Source: Candidatus Multivoradales bacterium
GTDB taxonomy: Bacteria > Acidobacteriota > Thermoanaerobaculia > Multivoradales > JAHEKO01
Direction of reading: 5' to 3'
Assembly: GCA_965223855.1 (NCBI GenBank)
Contig: CBDCXM010000009.1
Location: forward strand, 2,336,001-2,400,000
Length of the DNA stretch: 64,000 nt
Part shown: one piece after another, positions 57,049-64,000 of the stretch
Layout: every line of letters starts with the position of its first letter
Numbering within the stretch: the first letter of the stretch is position 1
Translations under genes and position numbers: made by a program
The notes under the pieces: generated by a model
The model's database searches: none
What the model was told of the DNA's origin: nothing
The model's input: only the letters and a program-made list of their open reading frames with translations

Positions 57049-57843
57049 ATGCCAGCAACCACGCCGTCACGACCGCACCGACCATGGATTCATGCCGCCA
57101 TTCTCACCGTCGTCGGCTGGAGAGTCGCCGCCTACTACTCGCCCCACCCGGCCGGCACGGATCCGACCGAGGTCCGCGCTGTCTTTGCTTTGATGGGCCT
57201 GTGGTTTGCCGCCTGCGGGGTGTGGGTCGGCTTGCGCGTTCCCGGGCGTTCGGCGGCGGTCTTCGCGGGGTTCGGGCTCGCCGGCGGCCTTCACTGGGGA
57301 GGCCCGTTGGCTTGGGGCTCTGAGGCGGCGCAGATACTGCTGCTCGCCGTCTACGTAGTTGTCAGCACGGCGCTGGCGCAGAGCCTCTTCCTCCACCTGG
57401 CGGTCTGCTTTCCCGAACCGCTTCCCTCCGCTCGCCACCGCGGTTGGCTGACGGTGATCTATCTTCCGGTTCTGGTCGGTGTGGCGTTGCTTGTCGCACT
57501 GCTGTTGTCGCCGACGGCCCCCTGGCTGATGAACGGGGTGATCGCTCTCTTTCCGGTCGGGGTGATCTACAGCCTCGTCGCGGGAGCTGTGTGGATTCGC
57601 CGGTGGTTCCGATCCGGCCGCGAGGAGCGATCGACCGGTGGGTGGCGGTGGGTGGTTCCGGTTCTGGTGGCCTCCTGGCTGCCCCATGCGCTCGTCTCAT
57701 CGATCGGGCCCGTGGTTCCGCCCTACGATGGGCTCTTCGACCTGCCGATGGGGGCGATTCCGGCCGTGTTGGCACTCGCGCTGAACCGGGCGCGAGCAGC
57801 TCCGTACCGGCTGAGCGGGGGCGCGGACACTGGCCCCTCGTGA
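57049..57843 (+). CDS. Multi-pass membrane protein
   Basis: RBS GAGGAGGAG; about 8 TM; LFLHLAVCFP. Confidence 0.75.
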   Translation: MPATTPSRPHRPWIHAAILTVVGWRVAAYYSPHPAGTDPTEVRAVFALMGLWFAACGVWVGLRVPGRSAAVFAGFGLAGGLHWGGPLAWGSEAAQILLLAVYVVVSTALAQSLFLHLAVCFPEPLPSARHRGWLTVIYLPVLVGVALLVALLLSPTAPWLMNGVIALFPVGVIYSLVAGAVWIRRWFRSGREERSTGGWRWVVPVLVASWLPHALVSSIGPVVPPYDGLFDLPMGAIPAVLALALNRARAAPYRLSGGADTGPS

Positions 57844-57978
57844 AGGGCGATTCCGTCCAGAGAGTACGGGCAGGACGGAAGGTAGACTCGATCGAATTCC
57901 TTCGTTTGTGCCCAGGAACCGGATTCGCCGGCGCCGTGCGTGCGGGGAGCTGGCGAGTCGAAACCGGGAGGTAGCGCC

Positions 57979-59934
57979 ATGAAAGGTGAACGCCCAGGCA
58001 GGTTGACGGCGGGCCTGATTCTCGGCCTCACGATGCTGCTCGGCGGTTGCTTCGAGCAGGAGCTCCAGATCTCGGTGTTGCCGGACGGCAGCGGCACGAT
58101 CACGGTGCGGTCGGTGGTCGCCAGAGCGAGACTCGGGCCGCAGGAGATCGCCGAGTTCTCGGAAGCGGAGGAGGAGTTCGTCGAGCCGCTGCGCACCGCG
58201 GGGGAGAGGTTCGGGCCGGTCGAGCTGGTCGGCATCGAGAGGATCGACGATGGATCACACCTCGGGCACGTCGCCACGTACCGCTTCGAGGACGTCAACA
58301 AGGTGCTGCTGCGCTATCCGGAGCAGGAAGGTCTGAGCGACACCTCGATCTTCCGCTTTCGCTTCACCCCGGGTTTGCCGGCACGTCTCGAGATCACGTC
58401 CCCGCCAACCGACGACGGACCGGACATGAGTGAGTCTCCCGAGATGATGGCCGCGTTCCTCGGCCAGATGGCGGGCTGGCGCCGGCACTACGCGGTGCGC
58501 TTCCCCGGGACGCTGGCCGGCAGCGACGTGGTGCATGTGGCCGAAGATGGGGACGCAACGGTCGTCACCCTCATGGAGCTCGACGTCGACGCCCTGCTCG
58601 GAGATCCCGAGGGGATGGAGCTGCTCTCCGAGACCGGGATGGACTTCCAGATGATGGCGCGGCTCGGAGTGCCCGGGGTGCGGGGGCAGGATCCCGACAG
58701 GCCCACGGTTCTCGACATCCGCTTCGCCGACGAGGCTGCGGCGCTGGCGGCCGCGGAGGCGATGCCGACGGACGTGGTGCCAAGTGGCGAGGCGAGCCCC
58801 GCAAACCGGGCCGTCTCCTGCGACCGCCGCTCGGGGCAGCCGGCGACGATCGGCAGTCACGAGGGGCCGGTGACCGCGGCGACCTTCTCGCGGGACTGCG
58901 AGTTCGTGGCCACCGGCAGTCTGGACGGCACGGCGGCCGTGTGGTCGTACGCCACCGGGGAAGAAATCACGAGGGTGGCGGTGGCGGAGGAGCGCCGGGT
59001 GATGACGGTCGCCTTCTCGCCGGATGGCAGCCGCCTCCTCACCGCCGGCGCGCTCGCGAGCCGTCGCGACCGCATGCCGATCGTCCAGATGTGGGAGGTG
59101 GCGAGCGGAGAGGAGCTGTGGCGGTTCCCGGGGCCCGGGTTCGAGCCGGGCGAGATGACCGACGAGGGGTGGAGCGAGGTCTGGGGACAGTGGTTCGGGC
59201 GCACCTGTAATCGTGCGGGCAGCAGCGGCAACAACCCGCTCTCCTCGAAGAGCCGGGTGGCCGTCGTCCTGTCGCCTGACGGCGAACGGGTGCTGGCGGC
59301 CAGCTACGACGGCACGATCCGGTTGCTCGACGCGGCCGACGGAGCGTCGCTGATGGACTTCGACGTGCCGCGACACGTTGCCCTGACGGCCTCGTTCTCG
59401 CCGGAAGGCGGAACGGTCGCGATCGGCGGTGCCGACGGCTCGGTGCAGCTGTGGTCGACCGAGACCGGCAAGCCGGTCCGGCAGTATGAACCGCATCTCG
59501 CCGCGGTCGCCGCGATCGCCTTCTCTCCGGACGGTGAGCGCCTGCTGACCGCCAGCGAGGATCACACCGCTCGAGTGCTCTCAGCCGGTGACGGGAGCGT
59601 GCTGCGGCAGATCGGCGAGCTCTGCCCCGAGTGGGGCGAGTCTGCCGAGTGGAGCGGGCTGGGCTACTACATGGGCGCTCCCGCGACGAACGCTATGTTC
59701 TCGGATAACGGCCGGAAGATCCTGATTGCACGCGACAGCGCTCACGTGGAGCTGTGGCCGGGTGATTCCGACGACGGAGTGCTTCTGTTCGAGCTGGGAT
59801 TCGACGACTTCTCGCGGCTGAAGCCGGTGACGGCGTTGGCGGTCTCCCCCGATGGTGAGACGTTGCTCTCCGGGGCCACCGATGCTCTGACAGCCAAGCT
59901 GACGTCGGTCGACGAGGGAGACCCCTGGGACTGA
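57979..59934 (+). CDS. Lipoprotein with C-terminal WD40 repeats
   Basis: RBS GGGAGG; lipobox LGGC; ISVLPDGSGTI; HEGPVTAATFS..ATGSLDGTAAVW repeats. Confidence 0.85.
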   Translation: MKGERPGRLTAGLILGLTMLLGGCFEQELQISVLPDGSGTITVRSVVARARLGPQEIAEFSEAEEEFVEPLRTAGERFGPVELVGIERIDDGSHLGHVATYRFEDVNKVLLRYPEQEGLSDTSIFRFRFTPGLPARLEITSPPTDDGPDMSESPEMMAAFLGQMAGWRRHYAVRFPGTLAGSDVVHVAEDGDATVVTLMELDVDALLGDPEGMELLSETGMDFQMMARLGVPGVRGQDPDRPTVLDIRFADEAAALAAAEAMPTDVVPSGEASPANRAVSCDRRSGQPATIGSHEGPVTAATFSRDCEFVATGSLDGTAAVWSYATGEEITRVAVAEERRVMTVAFSPDGSRLLTAGALASRRDRMPIVQMWEVASGEELWRFPGPGFEPGEMTDEGWSEVWGQWFGRTCNRAGSSGNNPLSSKSRVAVVLSPDGERVLAASYDGTIRLLDAADGASLMDFDVPRHVALTASFSPEGGTVAIGGADGSVQLWSTETGKPVRQYEPHLAAVAAIAFSPDGERLLTASEDHTARVLSAGDGSVLRQIGELCPEWGESAEWSGLGYYMGAPATNAMFSDNGRKILIARDSAHVELWPGDSDDGVLLFELGFDDFSRLKPVTALAVSPDGETLLSGATDALTAKLTSVDEGDPWD

Positions 59935-59936
59935 GA

Positions 59937-62900
59937 GTGAGTCGGGGCCGCTTCCGGGGCGGGGACGCCGGGAGAGCGTTGTATCGATCCCTGGGATCCG
60001 CGCTCCTCGTCGCGTCCATGTTCGGGACGGGTACGCCGAGCGCGGCCGACTTGCCCTGCGCCGGTGGCGGCCGGCCATTGGACGGTGTCGCCCCAGTAGC
60101 CGGCGCGGTCCGACTGCCGCATGTCGCCGAGGTCACCCGCGCGGCGTTCTCGGCTGACGGCCGCCTCCTGGCGACCGGAGACCGGGAGGGTGTGGTGCGG
60201 ATCTGGCGGGACGGAGTGGAGCTGTGGAGGGCCGAGCACGATCGTCCGATCGTCGCCCTCCAGTTCGGTCCCGGCGAGACGCTGCTGGCGGCCGGTCGCT
60301 TCGGCAAAGCCCGGCTCTGGAACTGGTCGGACGAGACGGTCGAAGGAGAACCGTTCCAGCCCCGCTTCCTGCTCTCGGCGGCGCTCTCGACGGAGGGACG
60401 GCTGCTGGTGGCCGGTGCGGCGGGAGGGGCGTGGGTGTGGTCGCTGCCCTCGAGGGCGGAGGAGTCGCTCGAGCACGACCTGGCCGTCTACTCGGTGGCG
60501 GTGGCGCCGGACGGCACCCGGGTCGCGACGGGGGACGCGGCGGGAGCCGTCCGTCTCTGGACCCGGGGCGAGAGCGGCTGGCAGGCGAAGGAACTCGCGG
60601 GTGAGCACGACGACCGGGTGACGCAGATCGGTTTCTCGCTCGATGGAAGCCGGCTGTTCAGCTTCGATCGCAAGGGCACCGCCGTGGTGCGGAGGCTCGC
60701 CGACGGCTCCTTCTCACGATGGACGAGCCCGGAGCCGGACGAACCCTGGCTGGCGGCTGCGTTCTCCGCAGATGGGAAGCGGCTGCTAGTCACCTCCGGG
60801 GACGGCACCGGTGAGCTGGTCGATCTGACCACCGTCGATGCGCCACCGGTGGAGCTCGCGGAGGCACTGGACGGGAGCCCGAAGAGCGTTGCGGCGCTGG
60901 CTCCGGCAGGCGAACGCGCGTTGATCGCGTTCGGTCCGATGGTCTCTGTCGAGACGTTGGCGATCGCCGCTTCGGAGTTGCCGACGGAAGAGTTCGTTCG
61001 CCAGGGCGCGAATCGCCCGCAGCTCGCCATCGAGACCGGGAGTACGACGATCCGAACCGTCGCGGTGAGCGAGGACGGTCGGCTGCTCCTGACGGGCGCC
61101 GAGGATGGAGCGCTTCGCCTGTGGCAGGCCGAGCCGCTGGCCGAGCTGCGTCGGCTGGAAGGGCACAGCGGGGCGATCCTCGACGCCGTCTTCTCGCGAC
61201 AGGGGCGCCACGCTCTCACGGGAAGCGCTGACGGATCGGCTCGACTCTGGGATCTGGCGACCGGGAACGAGGTGCGCCGCTTCGAGCCGAAGTTCGACGT
61301 GCTGTCGCCGATGAGCGCGGGGGCGGTGCTGTCGGTGGCGATTTCGGACGACGGCTGCCGGGTGCTCACCGGAGGCCGGGAGGACGTGCAGGTACGCCTC
61401 TGGGACGTGTCGAGCGGTCGTGAGCTGCGCCGGTTCCGCGGTCACGAGGACTCCATCCGCGCGGTCGGATTCGTACGCGGCGAGCCGGAGAGGGTTGTTT
61501 CGAGCAGCCGGGACGGGACGGCCCGGATCTGGTCGATGGATGGCGCGCGGGTCGGGACGACGCTCGCCGGGGAGCGAGAGGCTTCGTCGGGCGGTGGCAC
61601 GACTTCGAGCGGCGACGGCGAGACGCTACGGACCGTAACCGGCAACCCCGACAATCACCGGCGGCCGGTCGTCTTCTCCGCGCGCGGCGATTGGTTGTTG
61701 CGGGGGTGGAACACCGGCCGACTCGAGCTGGTGGAGGTGCCGTCGGGGGAGGTGCTGCGCCGGTTTGCCGGTCACGAGGATGCGGTGGCCGCGGTGGCGC
61801 TGTCGCCCGACGGCTCGATCGCGGCCAGTGTCGGCGAGGATGGGAGCGCGAAGGTCTGGTCGACCGCCAGCGGAGAGCGGCTGGGGCGCTACTCGACCGA
61901 TGGCGCCAAGGCCGCGGCGTTGCTGCCGATCGCGGGCGGTGCGGTGCTGGTGACGGCGGGTGCAGGCGGCGTCGGCACGGTGCGATCCCTCGCCGATGGA
62001 GACGAGCTGGCGAGGTTGGGAGAGACGCCGAATCGGGTGAAGGCGTTGGCGATCGCGCGCTCGGGCGATCCGATCCTCTTCGGCGGTGGGTCGCGAGTGT
62101 GGTCCTGGTCGACCACGGGCTCGCGCGGTCGCAGCTTCGATGTCGGCGACGCCGAAGTGACGGCCGTCGGGCTTTCGGCGGACGGCGGGCGAGCGGTGGC
62201 GGGAGACAGTGAGGGGCTGGTCCGGGTTTGGTCGACCGCGAGCGGGGTGGAGGTGGCCCGCTTCGAGCACGAGGAGGAGGTCATCGGCGTGGCGACCCTG
62301 CCCCCCGACCGGGTCGTGGTCGCGACCGGCGATGGCGTCGTCCGACTCTGGAGCCCCGGCTCGGCCCTGCCGGAGAGGACCTTCGATGCCTCTGCCGACA
62401 CCGTCCTTCGAGGTACTGCTACCCTGGCCTTCGACCTCTGCTCGACCGGGCAGCTCGTGACCGGCGGTGCCGGCGGCACGCTGCGGCTATGGTCGATCGA
62501 GACCGGAGCGATCGAGGCACGTTTCCGCGAAACGACGTCGGGATCCGTGCTCTCGGTGGCGTGTGCCCCCGACGGCAGGACGCTGGCCGCGAGTTCCGGT
62601 GACGGGGTGCGCCTCTGGGCGGTCGACTCCAAAGTGCCGCTGCGGCGCTTCCAGGCTCCAGGGGGCGCGGCGGAGTTCGCGAGCAGCGTGCGCTACGCAC
62701 CCGACGGCAGAACGTTGCTGATCGGCGGAGCGACGGGCGACGCCTACCTGGTGTCTCCTGAGGGGCGACTGCTCGAGCGCTTCGAAGGGAGCGGCGGCGC
62801 TCCGGCGGCCGCACGATTCACCCCGGACGGCCGCTGGGTGGTCACCGGACACCACGACGGGGTGAGTCGGCTGTGGTCGACTGCGGGTGGCGTCGAGGCC

Positions 62901-64000
62901 GCGCGCTGGGTCGTCTACCCGGGCGGGAACTGGGCGTTGGCGGCCCCCGACGGCCGGTTCGACACCGACGATCTCGAGGCGGTGCGTGGGCTCAACTGGG
63001 TGCTCCCCGAGGATCCCCTTCGAGCGCTGCCGCTGGAGATCTTCATGCGCGACTACTTCGAACCGCGCCTGTTCTCGCGACTCCTTGCCAGGGAGAGGCT
63101 GCCGCCGGTTCCCGACCTCGCCGAGCTGAACCGCCTGCAGCCTCAGTTGGCGCTGGAGGCCATGCCGCAGCAAGGCGACGGCCGGCCCGAGCTACGCGTG
63201 ACCGTCGAGGTCGTGCCGACGGTCGGCGACGACGGAGACAGCGGCGCCCGTGACCTCCATCTGTTCCGTGATGGCCAGCTCGTCGGCATGATCGAAGGTG
63301 ATCTGCTGAGCGCTTCCGGCTCCGGGACCCACACCTTCGCCGACGTCTCCATTCCTCTCGACGGGCGGCGCCAGACCGAGCTGTCGGCCTACGCGTTCAA
63401 TCGCGACGGAGTCAAGAGCGAGACCGCTCGATTCCTCCATCCGCTGCCCGAAGAGCTGCCGCGCCGCCGCGGCAGGGCATACGTGGTCGCCATAGGCGTC
63501 GATCGCTACGAGGATCCGCAGTGGCGGGAGCTGAGCTTCGCCAGTCACGATGCGAGGGCGACGGCGGCGGCGCTCACCGGCTCTCTGGAGTCCCTCGGCG
63601 ACTACTCGGAGGTGGTGTCGATCGAGCTCGTGTCGACCGCCGAGGAGGCTACGGCCACCCGCGATCTCGTTCAGGGGATGATCGACCTTCTGGCCGGCCG
63701 CCGGACCGGGCTGGAGCGGCGACTCCTGGAGGCGGTTCCGGCAGCGGCGCGGCTCGGCGAGGTCGAGCCCGAGGACCTGGTCCTGCTGTCGTTCGCCGGC
63801 CATGGCAGCACCGACGAGGCAGGCGTCTTCCATCTCCAGCTTCGGGACGGTCCCGTCTCGAGCGACGATCTCTCGGTGTGGCTGCGTGACGTCGATGCGG
63901 GGTCGCTGGCGCTGGTGATCGATGCGTGCCAGTCGGCCGCCAGCGTCGAGGAGGAGGGCTTCAAGCCCGGCCCGATGGGGAGTCGCGGCCTCGGCCAGCT
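59937..64000 (+). CDS. Large WD40-repeat protein with C-terminal caspase (peptidase C14) domain; 3' end beyond the window
   Basis: Frame from GTG 59937 (absent from the ORF track, consistent with no stop before the edge); many GH..V..V.FS.DG..LTG..DG..RLW repeats; APDGRFDT; VAIGVDRY; SFAGHG (His 63801); IDACQS (Cys 63927). Confidence 0.88.
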   Translation, partial: MSRGRFRGGDAGRALYRSLGSALLVASMFGTGTPSAADLPCAGGGRPLDGVAPVAGAVRLPHVAEVTRAAFSADGRLLATGDREGVVRIWRDGVELWRAEHDRPIVALQFGPGETLLAAGRFGKARLWNWSDETVEGEPFQPRFLLSAALSTEGRLLVAGAAGGAWVWSLPSRAEESLEHDLAVYSVAVAPDGTRVATGDAAGAVRLWTRGESGWQAKELAGEHDDRVTQIGFSLDGSRLFSFDRKGTAVVRRLADGSFSRWTSPEPDEPWLAAAFSADGKRLLVTSGDGTGELVDLTTVDAPPVELAEALDGSPKSVAALAPAGERALIAFGPMVSVETLAIAASELPTEEFVRQGANRPQLAIETGSTTIRTVAVSEDGRLLLTGAEDGALRLWQAEPLAELRRLEGHSGAILDAVFSRQGRHALTGSADGSARLWDLATGNEVRRFEPKFDVLSPMSAGAVLSVAISDDGCRVLTGGREDVQVRLWDVSSGRELRRFRGHEDSIRAVGFVRGEPERVVSSSRDGTARIWSMDGARVGTTLAGEREASSGGGTTSSGDGETLRTVTGNPDNHRRPVVFSARGDWLLRGWNTGRLELVEVPSGEVLRRFAGHEDAVAAVALSPDGSIAASVGEDGSAKVWSTASGERLGRYSTDGAKAAALLPIAGGAVLVTAGAGGVGTVRSLADGDELARLGETPNRVKALAIARSGDPILFGGGSRVWSWSTTGSRGRSFDVGDAEVTAVGLSADGGRAVAGDSEGLVRVWSTASGVEVARFEHEEEVIGVATLPPDRVVVATGDGVVRLWSPGSALPERTFDASADTVLRGTATLAFDLCSTGQLVTGGAGGTLRLWSIETGAIEARFRETTSGSVLSVACAPDGRTLAASSGDGVRLWAVDSKVPLRRFQAPGGAAEFASSVRYAPDGRTLLIGGATGDAYLVSPEGRLLERFEGSGGAPAAARFTPDGRWVVTGHHDGVSRLWSTAGGVEAARWVVYPGGNWALAAPDGRFDTDDLEAVRGLNWVLPEDPLRALPLEIFMRDYFEPRLFSRLLARERLPPVPDLAELNRLQPQLALEAMPQQGDGRPELRVTVEVVPTVGDDGDSGARDLHLFRDGQLVGMIEGDLLSASGSGTHTFADVSIPLDGRRQTELSAYAFNRDGVKSETARFLHPLPEELPRRRGRAYVVAIGVDRYEDPQWRELSFASHDARATAAALTGSLESLGDYSEVVSIELVSTAEEATATRDLVQGMIDLLAGRRTGLERRLLEAVPAAARLGEVEPEDLVLLSFAGHGSTDEAGVFHLQLRDGPVSSDDLSVWLRDVDAGSLALVIDACQSAASVEEEGFKPGPMGSRGLGQ

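Overview
GC-rich bacterial window. The style (shared C-terminal 'F(S/A)DGFESGDTS(A/G)WS' tails, many wHTH-TPR regulators and secreted hydrolases) suggests an Acidobacteriota/Thermoanaerobaculia-like organism; this is an inference. The first ~7.9 kb is a visibly less GC-rich mobile/defence-like island: Sel1 fragment, tyrosine integrase with no canonical start for its arm domain, a 1087-aa SF2 helicase-PD-(D/E)xK nuclease fusion, two small unknown genes, a DUF4365 nuclease, a truncated HicA-like ORF and a REP-associated-type HUH (Y1) transposase bounded by imperfect inverted repeats. A dispersed REP/REPIN-like family (core CGGTGACAGG) brackets genes at 8.9-12 kb and forms a 3x36-bp tandem array plus inverted copy at 22.5 kb. 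The rest is a patchwork of ~50 mostly secreted, lipoprotein or membrane genes: peptidases, alpha/beta hydrolases, beta-propellers, a pseudopilin/HD-GYP module, SigZ-ArsI, an SLC13 permease and a terminal WD40-caspase gene running off the right edge. No rRNA, tRNA or CRISPR array was seen. Best candidates for undescribed systems: the orphan C-terminal beta-strand tags on unrelated secreted proteins, the helicase-nuclease island, the RAYT/REP gene-bracketing system, and the pseudopilin-coupled HD-GYP module.
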